Of a stretch of DNA of 64,000 bases, positions 42,920-54,164 are shown piece after piece; positions within the stretch are counted from its first letter, which is position 1, and every line of letters starts with the position of its first letter. Made by a program: the position numbers and the translations under genes. Origin of the DNA: an uncultured Alphaproteobacteria bacterium (GTDB lineage Bacteria > Pseudomonadota > Alphaproteobacteria > CAAGCB01 > CAG-977); NCBI GenBank assembly GCA_944390195.1, contig CALXOZ010000001.1, forward strand, positions 40,189-104,188. Reading direction: 5' to 3'. Under the pieces are notes generated by a model. The model searched no databases. It was given only the letters and a program-made list of their open reading frames with translations, and was not told the origin of the DNA.

Positions 42920-44153
42920 TCCTTTATTTCGTCCCTTTAAAGCTGTCCGTCCCTTACCGGAGTTCGCCGCGCAAGTCGCAGCATTGCCTTATGATGTGCT
43001 TGATGCTAAAGAAGCAAAATTAAAAGCAAAAAACAAACCCTTTTCTTTCCTGCACATTTCCAAAGCGGAAATCGACCTGCCTGAAAATATAGATCCTTAC
43101 GATCCCGTTGTATATGAAAAATCCGCTGAAAATTATAAATCATTATTGGAAAAAGGTGTCCTAAAGCAAGATCAAACACCTTGTTATTACGTCTATCGCG
43201 CGACCATGGGAAACCATGTTCAAACGGGATTGGCCGTCGCCGCCAGTGTCGAACAATACGATCTTAACAGAATACGGAAACATGAATTTACGCGTATTGA
43301 AAAAGAAGACGACCGTGTCCGCCAAATTGATGCCCTAAGCGCTCAAACGGGACCAGTCTTGCTTGCTTACAAGCAAATCCCCGTCGTCGACACTATCATA
43401 AAAAAAACCGTCCTAAATAAACCCGTCTATCAGGTCATGGCGGACAACGACATTTGCCATGCCCTTTGGGTGATTGACGATCCCAAAGACATTCAAATCA
43501 TCACTGAAGCTTTCGACCAACAAAACGCCGTCTATATTGCTGACGGACATCATCGGTGCGCAGCAGCATCTCGTGTGGCAAAAATACGCGCCCAGCAAAA
43601 TCCGGATCATAACGGAACCGAAGCGTACAATTCTTTTCTGGCAATTGCTTTCCCCGTCGAAGAAATGAAAATCCTTGATTACAACCGGATCGTCAAAGAC
43701 TTGAACGGATTGACAAAAGAGGCTTTTCTTAACGCTTTGAAAAAAGATTTCTTCATTCAACCGGTTGAACATATCGCAAAACCTGAAAAGAAAAACACTT
43801 TCGGTCTTTATCTTGATCATCAATGGTATCTGATGACTTTAAAAAATCCGCCGGAAACGGAAGATCCTGTCAAATTGTTGGATGTCAGCATCTTGTCCGA
43901 CCTTGTCCTTGATTCCATATTGAATATCAAAGACCTGCGCAAAGACAAAAGAATTGATTTCGTCGGAGGCATGAGAGGATTGACGGAATTACAAAAACAC
44001 GTTGATTCCGGTGACTTTTCAGCGGCTTTCGCTTTATACCCGACTCAAATGAACGAATTAATCGCCGTTGCCGACAGTGGTAAGGTCATGCCGCCAAAAT
44101 CGACTTGGTTTGAACCCAAGTTGGCCGATGGACTGGTTTCCAATCCAATCTGA
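42909..44153 (+). CDS. DUF1015-family protein
   Basis: RPFKAVRP, LPYDV, IRKHEFT, IADGHHR, MPPKSTWFEPKL. GTG start at 42909 has a GGAG RBS. Confidence 0.88.
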   Translation: MNTIPLFRPFKAVRPLPEFAAQVAALPYDVLDAKEAKLKAKNKPFSFLHISKAEIDLPENIDPYDPVVYEKSAENYKSLLEKGVLKQDQTPCYYVYRATMGNHVQTGLAVAASVEQYDLNRIRKHEFTRIEKEDDRVRQIDALSAQTGPVLLAYKQIPVVDTIIKKTVLNKPVYQVMADNDICHALWVIDDPKDIQIITEAFDQQNAVYIADGHHRCAAASRVAKIRAQQNPDHNGTEAYNSFLAIAFPVEEMKILDYNRIVKDLNGLTKEAFLNALKKDFFIQPVEHIAKPEKKNTFGLYLDHQWYLMTLKNPPETEDPVKLLDVSILSDLVLDSILNIKDLRKDKRIDFVGGMRGLTELQKHVDSGDFSAAFALYPTQMNELIAVADSGKVMPPKSTWFEPKLADGLVSNPI

Positions 44154-44166
44154 TCATATTTCACTT

Positions 44167-44193
44167 AAAAGCGGGGAAAGAAACCCCGCTTTT
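44167..44193. terminator. Intrinsic terminator
   Basis: AAAAGCGGGG-AAAGAAA-CCCCGCTTTT. Confidence 0.8.
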
Positions 44194-44685
44194 CTATAAA
44201 ATACATGATTAAGCTCAACGGTTCGCAAAAAGACAAACACAAAAATCTTTCCGATAAAGCCAATACGATTATTACTGTCAAAAAAACAGAACACTTACAA
44301 AAACCGTCCAGACTATAAGACGAACAAAAAAATATTTTCCGTTGTGTGGAAATAAAAAATCCTGTTACCACTTTGTATTGAAAAATTTTATAAGTAAAAA
44401 AATCATGAAACCGGTAAAAATTCACTTATGAGAAAATAACAGTTACTTATCAAACCGGTCTGCTATTATAGACATTAAAAACAGAAAGCTCCTTTATATC
44501 AAAGAGAGCGGATTGAGCAAAAAATGAATATCAATCAATATGAGTATGAAAAAGCATCCTCTTCGTAAAAAAACTTGACCTGATTAAAAAAAACAAGCCA
44601 ATTCCCTTTTATAAGAAGACCAAAAAAACAACCGCTTCAGATGAAAGACTTTTTTATAAAATACACTTTCCATATAAACGCTTTT

Positions 44686-45600
44686 TCATCGAACGGGAAT
44701 TTTCACCGTTAACGGTTGAGTGGTATCAATATCATGAGGAGGTTCCAACAACGGTTCAAAATACTTCGCTATACATGAACGGACTTTTTCTTCAACAGGC
44801 GTCCCCGTTATATTGAACGTTTCTTTAAAATCAAAAGCCGGCAACGTTCCAAACGGAGAAACCATAAAAGAAACCTCTCTCATTTCCGTCAAACCGCATT
44901 TTTTGAAATCTTCGGCATGCGCATTAATACGCATCTGCAATTCTCTGATATATTGACGGCGAATTTCCGGTTGCGTAACAAAATAGGCTGAAGCTTCTGC
45001 AGGAGAATACTTCAACACATAACGCTGATAAAATTCCGTATCCGTCAAATCCGCCGAAATCATACGCCCTGAATCTCTTTCAATAAAATGAGATAAAAGA
45101 TACAACAACTTATCACGGGACGATCTGAAATCCGGCGCATGATCCTTTTGCGATACAGTGATTTTCCAATATTGGTTTTCCTCTTTTCCAGCCTGAACCG
45201 CCGTCAAAGAAATATATTTTTCATAAAGGGGTTCGCGATCATACATTGTTGTCGGTAAAATGGAAGGTTCATCAACGGGATGGATGTATTCCGCAGTATC
45301 TATAGTACTTCTGATACTAACCGACCCTTCTTTTTTGGATCCGAATTTCAACCGCAATATAACCGCTGACGGTGCACGGAAACGATATCCCTTCGATTCC
45401 AAAACCGGTTTCAGTTCCCTATAAAACTGACGATACTCGATATCTTCTTTCGACATGTCTTCATTCATCAAATGAATGACAGCCGTTTTGACCGGAGGAA
45501 CTTTTCCTAAATAAGAATCAACAGATACCGGTATCTTTTCCTCTATCGGGAGCTGACAGCCGATCAAAAACAACATACTCGAAAGCAAGAATCTTTTCAT
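44686..45600 (-). CDS. Hypothetical lipoprotein (DUF4136-like N-domain, TonB-C-like C-domain)
   Basis: Signal peptide and lipobox LIGC. Domain calls are by motif resemblance only. Confidence 0.6.
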   Translation of the reverse strand: MKRFLLSSMLFLIGCQLPIEEKIPVSVDSYLGKVPPVKTAVIHLMNEDMSKEDIEYRQFYRELKPVLESKGYRFRAPSAVILRLKFGSKKEGSVSIRSTIDTAEYIHPVDEPSILPTTMYDREPLYEKYISLTAVQAGKEENQYWKITVSQKDHAPDFRSSRDKLLYLLSHFIERDSGRMISADLTDTEFYQRYVLKYSPAEASAYFVTQPEIRRQYIRELQMRINAHAEDFKKCGLTEMREVSFMVSPFGTLPAFDFKETFNITGTPVEEKVRSCIAKYFEPLLEPPHDIDTTQPLTVKIPVR

Positions 45601-45921
45601 TCATTGCGCCAATGAAACAATACCGGCATCTATGGCTTTCAACATTACGGCTATATCCCGCCATCCGGATACGGCACAACCGTCATCACCGATTACGTCT
45701 ATTCCTTTGTCCAAGCAATATCTTATCATTTCCTGTTCGTCCGAGTTGAATACGGACTGCCACAATTCTTCAAACTCTTTTTTGGAATAATCCGGAGCAG
45801 ATCCAAATAAACGAATGACCAAACCATCCGTTTCCGATACAAGTTCATCAGTTGTTCCTTCAACCAATTCCGGTTTCTCGGGCAAATAATCTTTTGCTTT
45901 GATAATGGTTTGTGTTTGCAT
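45601..45921 (-). CDS. Hypothetical acidic protein
   Basis: 106 aa, AAGGAG RBS, stop abuts the next ATG. Confidence 0.7.
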   Translation of the reverse strand: MQTQTIIKAKDYLPEKPELVEGTTDELVSETDGLVIRLFGSAPDYSKKEFEELWQSVFNSDEQEMIRYCLDKGIDVIGDDGCAVSGWRDIAVMLKAIDAGIVSLAQ

Positions 45922-45989
45922 TTTTTTCTCCTTTGTTCATATTACTATTATGTAAACATATTTATTATTTTTCTGCAATAAAGGAAAAA

Positions 45990-47288
45990 ATGATGATTCC
46001 CCGTTATTCCCGCCCTGAAATGAGCACAATATGGTCTGATGAAAATAAATTCAAAACTTGGCTTGAAATTGAAATACTCGCTTGTGAAGCTTTGGCAAAA
46101 TCGGGAAAAATTCCCCAATCCGCCGTTGATGACATTAAAGCTAAAGCTAAATTCGATCAAAAACGCATTGATACGATCGAAGCTGAAGTTAAACATGATG
46201 TCATTGCTTTTTTAACAAACGTCGGTGAATATGTCGGCGAAAACGCCAGATTTTTGCATCAAGGCATGACTTCTTCCGATGTTTTGGATACCTCTTTTAA
46301 CATCAGATTGGCTCAATCAATCGACATTTTATTAAAAGACATGGATCGTTTGCTGGCTGCTTTGAAAAAGAAAGCCGTGGATCATAAATACACTTTATGT
46401 ATCGGCAGAAGTCATGGCATCCACGCAGAACCGACAACTTTCGGATTAAAAATGCTCGGTTTTTACGCCGAATTCTCACGCAACAAAGAACGATTAATAA
46501 CAGCGCGCAAAGAAATTGCCACTTGCGCCATCTCGGGCGCCGTTGGCACTTTCGCAACAATCGATCCGTATGTGGAACAATATGTCGCCGATAAACTGGG
46601 TTTCATACCGGAACCCGTTTCAACTCAAGTCATTCCCAGAGACCGTTATGCCGCCGTATTGACTTGTGTCGGCATTATCGCTTCTTCGATCGAACGGCTG
46701 GCAGTCGAAATCAGACATTTGCAACGCACGGAAGTTCGTGAAGTTGAAGAATTCTTTTCCAAAGGACAAAAAGGATCTTCCGCCATGCCGCATAAAAGAA
46801 ATCCCGTCCTTTCTGAAAATTTAACCGGCTTGGCGCGTTTATTACGTTCCTACGCTCTGCCTGCCATGGAAAATATAGCCTTGTGGCATGAACGGGACAT
46901 CTCTCATTCTTCAAATGAAAGAATCATTGTTCCCGATGCTATGATCGGATTGGATTTCTGTTTAAACAGATTGGCGGGAATTGTCGAAAAACTGTTGGTT
47001 TATCCGGATAATATGATTAAAAACCTGAACAGGTTGAACGGATTGATCTTTTCCCAACGTGTCATGCTTGCTTTGGTGGATACCGGCATGAAAAGGGAAA
47101 AAGCTTACCTCTTGACACAAAGAAACGCTATGAAAGTCTGGAATAACGAAGGAAATTTTAAAGATCTGTTGGAAGCCGACCAAGACGTCATGACCGCTTT
47201 GACAAAAGAAGAATTAGAAGCTCTATTTGACACAAACTTCTACACGGCTCAAATCGACTTCATCTTTAATAAAGTTTTCCACTCCTAA
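45990..47288 (+). CDS. purB: Adenylosuccinate lyase
   Basis: MIPRYSR, GRSHGIHAEP, GSSAMPHKRNP. Confidence 0.97.
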   Translation: MMIPRYSRPEMSTIWSDENKFKTWLEIEILACEALAKSGKIPQSAVDDIKAKAKFDQKRIDTIEAEVKHDVIAFLTNVGEYVGENARFLHQGMTSSDVLDTSFNIRLAQSIDILLKDMDRLLAALKKKAVDHKYTLCIGRSHGIHAEPTTFGLKMLGFYAEFSRNKERLITARKEIATCAISGAVGTFATIDPYVEQYVADKLGFIPEPVSTQVIPRDRYAAVLTCVGIIASSIERLAVEIRHLQRTEVREVEEFFSKGQKGSSAMPHKRNPVLSENLTGLARLLRSYALPAMENIALWHERDISHSSNERIIVPDAMIGLDFCLNRLAGIVEKLLVYPDNMIKNLNRLNGLIFSQRVMLALVDTGMKREKAYLLTQRNAMKVWNNEGNFKDLLEADQDVMTALTKEELEALFDTNFYTAQIDFIFNKVFHS

Positions 47289-47301
47289 CCTTGAAATTCT
47301 A

Positions 47302-47332
47302 AAAAAGGCGATAAAAACTTTATCGCCTTTTT
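47302..47332. terminator. Bidirectional terminator between purB and holA
   Basis: AAAAAGGCGATAAA-AAC-TTTATCGCCTTTTT. Confidence 0.85.
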
Positions 47333-48348
47333 CAACGTTTTTGCGCTTGAGCCGCAATTTGTAGAAAAACACGCGCACAAACCAGTTTTTGAGGATAAGA
47401 CCCGATCTTGCAATCTTGTTCGGCTTGAACCAACAAATCCAATGCACGGGCTGTCTTTTTAACATCCCACAAACGAAGTTGTTCCTTAAACTCTTCCGCT
47501 TTGTTATAAAACAACCGTAGTGAAATCAAAATCTGTTCTAAATTTCCACCCTCTTGCCTTTTTGCCAAAACCTGATGGAGCTTTTTAAAATGCCCCGAAG
47601 CGGAACGCAACAAAACAATGGGCAATTGTCCTTCGGAAAATAAACGATCCAATGTTTGGTGCAATTCTTTCTGATTGCCCGTTGCCAAAGCGTACAACAT
47701 CTGATTAATCGACAATGCCGAAGCGTCTCCGATACACGCTGAAGCATCTTGCATTGTTATATTCGTCTTTTTCCCCATATACGCAAATAATTTTTGCAGT
47801 TCCGAACGTGATTGCAACCGATCCGCCCCCAAGTTCTCCGCTATAAAACAAACAACTTCGGAAGAAGCTTGAAAACCATTATTTCCGATTTCCTGCGCCA
47901 CCCAACGAACCAAAGCTTGCCCTTCATCGCCATAACAGCCGAAAACAGCCAAATCCGACGAATTGGTAAACAATGACAACAAAGAATCTTTCTTTGTCAA
48001 ACCGCCGGCAGTAACAACAAGCAGCGTATCCCCTTTATAAAGAGAAAAAAATTCTTTTAAAACAACTGTAAAATTATTATCCGCTCCGGATATGACAACA
48101 ACCCTTCTTCCGCCCATCAAAGAAAAAGAGTTGGCTTCCGTTAAAAGCAAAGAAGGATCTTCCTTTATACGGGACGGAGTCAATTCAACAATCCGGAACG
48201 GATCCTTGTCTTGAACGACAGCTTGTACGATTCTGGATCGACATTCTTCTATCAATCCGGCATCTTGTCCGTAAAACAAGACAGCCTTCACCCCCGGCAC
48301 TCCCGTCTTAACTAATTTATCCAACGCCTGTCCGGTTATTTTTGTCAT
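47332..48348 (-). CDS. holA: DNA polymerase III delta subunit
   Basis: LFYGQDAGL, SLMGGRRVV, SELQKL; leuS-lptE-holA order. Confidence 0.88.
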   Translation of the reverse strand: MTKITGQALDKLVKTGVPGVKAVLFYGQDAGLIEECRSRIVQAVVQDKDPFRIVELTPSRIKEDPSLLLTEANSFSLMGGRRVVVISGADNNFTVVLKEFFSLYKGDTLLVVTAGGLTKKDSLLSLFTNSSDLAVFGCYGDEGQALVRWVAQEIGNNGFQASSEVVCFIAENLGADRLQSRSELQKLFAYMGKKTNITMQDASACIGDASALSINQMLYALATGNQKELHQTLDRLFSEGQLPIVLLRSASGHFKKLHQVLAKRQEGGNLEQILISLRLFYNKAEEFKEQLRLWDVKKTARALDLLVQAEQDCKIGSYPQKLVCARVFLQIAAQAQKR

Positions 48349-48899
48349 TGAGCGGCTTTGTCATCAACAGGTTCGGTAACACTATAACTTTTAAAAAACG
48401 CGGCCAAACGCAAAGCTATATCATCACCTAAAATTTTCATGATCCGTTCTTTTGCAAAACGTTCCGCAACATCGGTCGCATAAGGAGATAATTGAACGTC
48501 ATAACTGCTTTGAGCTATCGTTCGATCACTTAACAGCTTTTTATTATCCGGATAAGAATAAAGCGTATAATATGCGGTAAAACCCATGACATAACGTGTC
48601 GCCAAATTATCCTTTTGAACGCCTTGTTGGGCAATCGAAGCCGCAGACAAACGTACGGACAAACGGTAACGCGGGTTATCCGGTTCTCCGTACGGTGTCA
48701 AATTATTTGCCAAAGACTGCCTTAAAATCTGACCTTCCCTGTTTGCTATTTCATCAATGAATATTGAACGCAAATGTTGTGTCAATTGTTTTCCGGACAT
48801 AACATCCGCCGATCCTCGACCGGAATACAGCGGCTGAAAGCCACAGGCTGTTAAAAACAAAAAGCACAATAAAAATATGTTCTTATGCGGCAACAACAT
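48345..48899 (-). CDS. lptE: LPS assembly lipoprotein LptE
   Basis: [10 protein letters not shown] lipobox; position between leuS and holA. Confidence 0.85.
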   Translation of the reverse strand: MLLPHKNIFLLCFLFLTACGFQPLYSGRGSADVMSGKQLTQHLRSIFIDEIANREGQILRQSLANNLTPYGEPDNPRYRLSVRLSAASIAQQGVQKDNLATRYVMGFTAYYTLYSYPDNKKLLSDRTIAQSSYDVQLSPYATDVAERFAKERIMKILGDDIALRLAAFFKSYSVTEPVDDKAAQ

Positions 48900-51468
48900 T
48901 GATGATCTTATTCTTTACGACAATAATTTTACGAATCGTTTTTCCTTCCAATTGAGCCTTCACCGTCGGCAAAGCCAATGCCGCTTGTTTTACGGTTTCT
49001 TCATCGCTGTCTTTGTTCACCTCTATTGTCCCGCGCATTTTTCCCATCACCTGAACAGCCATGGTTACTTTATCATCCGCGATCAAATCAGCATTTGCAA
49101 CAGGCCAGCTTTGTCCCGCCAACAAGGTTTCATTTCCTAAATAATGCCATATTTCTTCGGCAATATGCGGTGCTATAGGCGCCATCAAACGAACCAGCGT
49201 TTCAAAAGCGAAACGACACGCATAACGATCGCCATCATCCGATATTTTCAATTCACCGATTGCGTTCGTCAATTCGCGCAAACGGGCGACGGCAACGTTA
49301 AAGCGCAACTTTTCAAGATCTTCCGTAACAAAGGCTATCGTTTTATGCGTCATACGAACCAATTTATCCGCTTGAGCGTTCAATTTTTCGGGTTCATCAA
49401 CCTGATCGGGGCAAGCCATTGCCATACGCCACAAACGGTTGATATAACGCCATGCCCCGTCTATTCCGGCTTCCGTCCACTCCAAATCGCGTTCTGGCGG
49501 CGTATCCGATAACATAAACAATCGGGCGGCATCCGCACCATACGTTTGCAGTATCGTTTCAGGATCAACCAAGTTATATTTCGATTTACTCATTTTTTCA
49601 GAACGACCGATTTCAACAGGTGTCCCGTCACTTATCTTTACAGCCGTTCCGTCCGATTTTTTTTCAACCTGTGTCGGGAATAGCCAATTTCCATCTATGT
49701 CTTTATAGGTTTCATGACAAACCATTCCTTGGGTGAACAACCCCTTAAACGGTTCATCTATGTCCAAATACCCGCAATCACGCAAAGCTTTTGTAAAAAA
49801 GCGGGCATACAGCAAATGTAAAACGGCATGTTCAATTCCACCGATATACTGATCGACCGGCAACCAATAATTGGCAGCGTCTTTTTTAAAACCGCACGTC
49901 GTTTCATGAGGACAAGCATAACGGGCGAAATACCATGATGATTCAAAGAAAGTGTCAAACGTATCCGTTTCCCTTAATGCCGGTTTGCCGCAAACTGGAC
50001 AGGTAACATGTTTCCATGTCGGATGACGTTCCAAAGGATTGCCTCCACCGGATTCAAACGTAACGTCCGAAGGCAGGGTAACAGGCAAATCCTCTTGAGG
50101 AACCGGAACTATCCCGCAATGTTCACAATGAATGACCGGAATTGGACACCCCCAATAACGTTGACGGGAAATCCCCCAATCACGCAAACGGTATTGAACA
50201 GTTGCTTTTCCTTTGCCAATGGCTTCCAGACGCTTTATCATTTCAGGTATGGCGTCTTTTGTCGCCATGCCGTCCAGAAAAGACGAATTGACAGCCACAC
50301 CGTCGGCTATATCGTCAAAAGCCTTGTCTTGGACAACCGGTATCCCTTCGTCTTTATGTGCGACAACAACACGAACCGGCAAGCCGTATTTTCGCGCAAA
50401 ATCCAAATCCCGTTGATCATGAGCGGGACAAGCAAAAATTGCTCCGGTCCCGTACTCCATTAAAACAAAGTTTGCCACATACAACGGCAATTCCGGATTA
50501 CCACCCAACTTTTTAAACTCTTCGGCAAATGGATGCATAACCTTCAAACCGGTGTCAAAGCCTTTCTTTTCAGCGGCTTCTATTGTTGCGACAGATGTTC
50601 CCAACGCTTCGCATTCCTTAATGAACTTCGCCAATTCCGGATTTGTTTTAGCCAGCTCCAACGCTATCGGGTGTCCCGCTGAAATTGCGCAAAAAGAGGC
50701 TCCGAACAATGTGTCCGCACGAGTCGTAAACACTTCCAACGTTTTATCCGTCCCGATCACTGGGAAATACATATAAGCCCCGTAAGACTTGCCGATCCAG
50801 TTTTCCTGCATGATACGCACTTTTTCGGGCCACCCGTCCATCGTCTTCAGGTTTTCCAACAGTTCATCCGCATAATCCGTAATTTTCAAAAACCACTGAG
50901 ACAATTTGCGCCGTTCAACGGGGGCTCCTGTCCGCCACCCCTTACCGTCAACGACCTGTTCGTTCGCTAAAACCGTTTGATCGACAGGATCCCAGTTCAC
51001 CCATGAATCTTTACGATAAGCCAATCCTTTCTTTAAAAAGTCCAAAAACATTTTTTGTTCATGTTTATAATAATCGACTTCACACGTTGAAACTTCACGG
51101 CTCCAATCAATGGAAAGCCCCATCTTTTTCATTTCTTCGCGCATATTCGCTATATTTTCACGCGTCCATTTCGACGGATGAACACCGTGTTTTATAGCTG
51201 CGTTTTCCGCAGGCAGACCAAAGGAATCCCATCCCATCGGATGCAATACATTATAACCTTGCGCCAACTTGAAACGGGCAATAACATCACCTTGCGCATA
51301 ATTGCGTACATGCCCCATATGAATCTTTCCCGAAGGATACGGAAACATTTCCAATGCGTAATATTTCGGCTTTTCCGAGTGTTCCTGCGCTTTAAAAACG
51401 TTCGCCTTTTCCCAAGCTTTCTGCCATTTCTCTTCAGTCGTACGGAAATTATATCTTTCTTCGCTCAT
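48883..51468 (-). CDS. leuS: Leucine--tRNA ligase
   Basis: MFPYPSG, HMGH, KMSKS. Confidence 0.98.
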   Translation of the reverse strand: MSEERYNFRTTEEKWQKAWEKANVFKAQEHSEKPKYYALEMFPYPSGKIHMGHVRNYAQGDVIARFKLAQGYNVLHPMGWDSFGLPAENAAIKHGVHPSKWTRENIANMREEMKKMGLSIDWSREVSTCEVDYYKHEQKMFLDFLKKGLAYRKDSWVNWDPVDQTVLANEQVVDGKGWRTGAPVERRKLSQWFLKITDYADELLENLKTMDGWPEKVRIMQENWIGKSYGAYMYFPVIGTDKTLEVFTTRADTLFGASFCAISAGHPIALELAKTNPELAKFIKECEALGTSVATIEAAEKKGFDTGLKVMHPFAEEFKKLGGNPELPLYVANFVLMEYGTGAIFACPAHDQRDLDFARKYGLPVRVVVAHKDEGIPVVQDKAFDDIADGVAVNSSFLDGMATKDAIPEMIKRLEAIGKGKATVQYRLRDWGISRQRYWGCPIPVIHCEHCGIVPVPQEDLPVTLPSDVTFESGGGNPLERHPTWKHVTCPVCGKPALRETDTFDTFFESSWYFARYACPHETTCGFKKDAANYWLPVDQYIGGIEHAVLHLLYARFFTKALRDCGYLDIDEPFKGLFTQGMVCHETYKDIDGNWLFPTQVEKKSDGTAVKISDGTPVEIGRSEKMSKSKYNLVDPETILQTYGADAARLFMLSDTPPERDLEWTEAGIDGAWRYINRLWRMAMACPDQVDEPEKLNAQADKLVRMTHKTIAFVTEDLEKLRFNVAVARLRELTNAIGELKISDDGDRYACRFAFETLVRLMAPIAPHIAEEIWHYLGNETLLAGQSWPVANADLIADDKVTMAVQVMGKMRGTIEVNKDSDEETVKQAALALPTVKAQLEGKTIRKIIVVKNKIINVVAA

Positions 51469-51492
51469 TATCGGACTTTCTTAAAAAAAAGG

Positions 51493-52038
51493 TTATTCAT
51501 TCATTGATAGTTTCACAATATCATTTTTTATTTTATCTGCAAGTGTTGCATCATTTTTTTGATTAATCCATTCTCCGGTTTGGTCTTTTGTCCGGCTGAA
51601 TACCGTAATGGTCAAATCCGTTGCCGTCTTAAGCGCATTTATTTTTATTTGACGTTGATTTTTCCCAGCTTCGTTAAACCATTCTGTTACAATCAGCTTG
51701 TCTTCTTGAATGATCGATACCGGATATCGGGATAACACCGTTAACATTGCCGTCCAGATCTTGTTACAATCCGGCAAAGATTCTTTTTTGACAATTTCTT
51801 CATTTTTTATTCCTTTGTCAAAAACGTTATCTTCAGATGGTGTTCTTTGTGTTTCTGTATTTCGATAACGAAATGTCAAATGCTCTTTATTAAATACCGT
51901 ATCATTTTTCTGCTCTTCCGTTTTTTTCGACGGCATTTCATATCTTCCCTTTACTTTTTCGGGATACTTATATTCTATTTTTGCATTTTGACATGCCAAC
52001 AAAACACAGCAAAGAAAAAGCATAAAAAACAGCTTCAT
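51493..52038 (-). CDS. DUF3576-like lipoprotein
   Basis: Lipobox LLAC, IW.A.L..L...P...IVTEW; position between porin and leuS. Confidence 0.6.
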   Translation of the reverse strand: MKLFFMLFLCCVLLACQNAKIEYKYPEKVKGRYEMPSKKTEEQKNDTVFNKEHLTFRYRNTETQRTPSEDNVFDKGIKNEEIVKKESLPDCNKIWTAMLTVLSRYPVSIIQEDKLIVTEWFNEAGKNQRQIKINALKTATDLTITVFSRTKDQTGEWINQKNDATLADKIKNDIVKLSMNE

Positions 52039-52192
52039 AACAGTATTTTCCTTCTTCAGTTAAAAAGATTGAATCCTTATAAAACAAACGGTTAAGCAAT
52101 AACTATTATATTTAATTTTTTTTTATTTACAATTTTATCAGAGTATATTTTACTAATAGTTTTACTGAAGACAACTTATTTTGGAGTTTCTA

Positions 52193-53458
52193 ATGAAAAA
52201 ATTCTTATTTCTTTCATCAGTTCTATCTTCTTTTGTTTTAATTCAGCCGGCTGTTGCTCAGCAAACTTCTACAGAGACTTCTCAGGCAACAACGCAACAA
52301 AAAACGTCTCAAAAAACGGAAATCGAACTCTTTGATCAGCCGATCGAATTGCAAATCGGTGGTTACATGAGCTGGTACGCCGCCTATGCCAATCAAAAGA
52401 AAAATTCTTTGATCATGGAATCTTTTGATGCCGATACTTTCACCCCGTTTTACAACAATATAGGAAAATATAACAACTTTGACATCATGGGGGATGCGGA
52501 AATTTATTTTTCCGGATCGACCACTTTGGAAAACGGTGTTAAAATCGGCGCCATGGTTCAATTGGAAGCCGGTACAGACAGCGATACATCAAACCATACC
52601 ATTGATGAAACCTATATGACCATCGATTCTGGAATCGGCAGAATTATTCTTGGAAATGTTAAAAATGTCTCTTACCAAATGGCTGTTACTTCTCCAACCA
52701 TAAGCACTCTCGGTCTTCAGGAAACGGATTTCAGACGTTTGGTTATGGTTCCCGCCGATTTTGCTTATAATAAAGCAACCTATTCCTTGTTAGACGACAT
52801 TTCAACCAAGTTATCTTACATTACACCGACTGTTTCCGGATTTACGTTCGGTGTCAGTTTAATGCCCGGAAACAAGAAAAAAGGAAAAGATGCCAACGAC
52901 TTGTTAACCCCTTACCGCGGCGACATCAAATTGTTTAAATACGGCGTTGATGCCACAGCTTTATATCAACATGATTTCGGCAAATTCGATATCGAAACAA
53001 GCGCTTCGTATACAATGTACAAACCTAATTTACGGGCAAACGGATTCATGGACGAAGAAAAGGAAATCAGATCTTACGGAGCGGGGATCAATATCGGTTT
53101 CGGAAACTGGACTGTCGGCGGATCTTTCCTGTATACGAACATGTCTCATGAAACCAACGTCTTCTTATTACCTTTTGCCGATGTCGCAAAAGGAGCCAGC
53201 TGGGACGTCGGGGTCGAATACAGTGCCGGACCGTTCGCTGCCAGTGCAAACATCTTCCAATCCCGTGCTGACAATATAAATATCGACGGTAAAAAAGACA
53301 TCTTTACAATGTACTTGTTATCCGGAAAATATAAAATCCTCGCCGGCATCGATACGTTTATCGACATTGCTTATGTAAACTATAAATCGGGAACAAACAA
53401 CCCGCAGTTAGACAACAAAGGACCGGCTGTCGCAATCGGGATGAACTTGAATTTCTAA
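52193..53458 (+). CDS. Outer-membrane porin (alphaproteobacterial type)
   Basis: Signal peptide, EIYFSGSTTLENG, KLSYITP, C-terminal Phe. Confidence 0.88.
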   Translation: MKKFLFLSSVLSSFVLIQPAVAQQTSTETSQATTQQKTSQKTEIELFDQPIELQIGGYMSWYAAYANQKKNSLIMESFDADTFTPFYNNIGKYNNFDIMGDAEIYFSGSTTLENGVKIGAMVQLEAGTDSDTSNHTIDETYMTIDSGIGRIILGNVKNVSYQMAVTSPTISTLGLQETDFRRLVMVPADFAYNKATYSLLDDISTKLSYITPTVSGFTFGVSLMPGNKKKGKDANDLLTPYRGDIKLFKYGVDATALYQHDFGKFDIETSASYTMYKPNLRANGFMDEEKEIRSYGAGINIGFGNWTVGGSFLYTNMSHETNVFLLPFADVAKGASWDVGVEYSAGPFAASANIFQSRADNINIDGKKDIFTMYLLSGKYKILAGIDTFIDIAYVNYKSGTNNPQLDNKGPAVAIGMNLNF

Positions 53459-53464
53459 ATCGAC

Positions 53465-54133
53465 ATGACCATTTTAAATAATTTCAACGATATTCAATCT
53501 GAAATTGAAAAAACGGCAATCCATTGTGGACGCTCAATCAACGACGTTACCTTGGTTGCCGTTTCAAAAATGCACAAAACCGAAGAAATTTTAACTTTGA
53601 TTTCCGCCGGACAGCGTGTATTCGCCGAAAATCGGGTTCAAGAGGCTTTACAAAAATATCCGCCGCTAAAAGAACGGTTCCCAGATGTAAAACTTCATCT
53701 GATCGGATCTTTGCAAACAAATAAAGTCAAAGATGCCGTCCGTTTGTTCGATGTCATTGAAACTGTGGATCGTTTTGAATTGGCACAAAAGCTGGCAGAG
53801 GAAATGAAAAAACAAAATAAAAACATTCCTTGCTTTATTCAGGTCAATACCGGAGAAGAACCTCAAAAAGGCGGTTGTGCCCCACATGAAACATCACTTC
53901 TGATAAACCGGTGCAGACATCTTGGATTAAATATTATCGGTTTGATGTGTATTCCTCCTGTTGATGACGAACCATCCGCTCATTTCGCTTTTTTAAAAAA
54001 ACTCGCAATCCAAAACGGATTGAAAGAGTTGTCAATGGGAATGAGTGACGACTTTACACTTGCCATTCAACAAGGAGCCACTTTCGTCAGAATAGGAACC
54101 GCTTTGTTCGGACAACGCTCTTATTCCAACTGA
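53465..54133 (+). CDS. yggS: PLP homeostasis protein YggS
   Basis: LVAVSK, ENRVQE, HLIGSLQTNK, LSMGMS, VRIGT. Confidence 0.95.
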   Translation: MTILNNFNDIQSEIEKTAIHCGRSINDVTLVAVSKMHKTEEILTLISAGQRVFAENRVQEALQKYPPLKERFPDVKLHLIGSLQTNKVKDAVRLFDVIETVDRFELAQKLAEEMKKQNKNIPCFIQVNTGEEPQKGGCAPHETSLLINRCRHLGLNIIGLMCIPPVDDEPSAHFAFLKKLAIQNGLKELSMGMSDDFTLAIQQGATFVRIGTALFGQRSYSN

Positions 54134-54137
54134 TTGG

Positions 54138-54164
54138 AAACCCCCGCTCTTACACGGGGGTTTT
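54138..54164 (+). terminator. Intrinsic terminator after yggS
   Basis: AAACCCCCG...CGGGGGTTTT. Confidence 0.75.
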
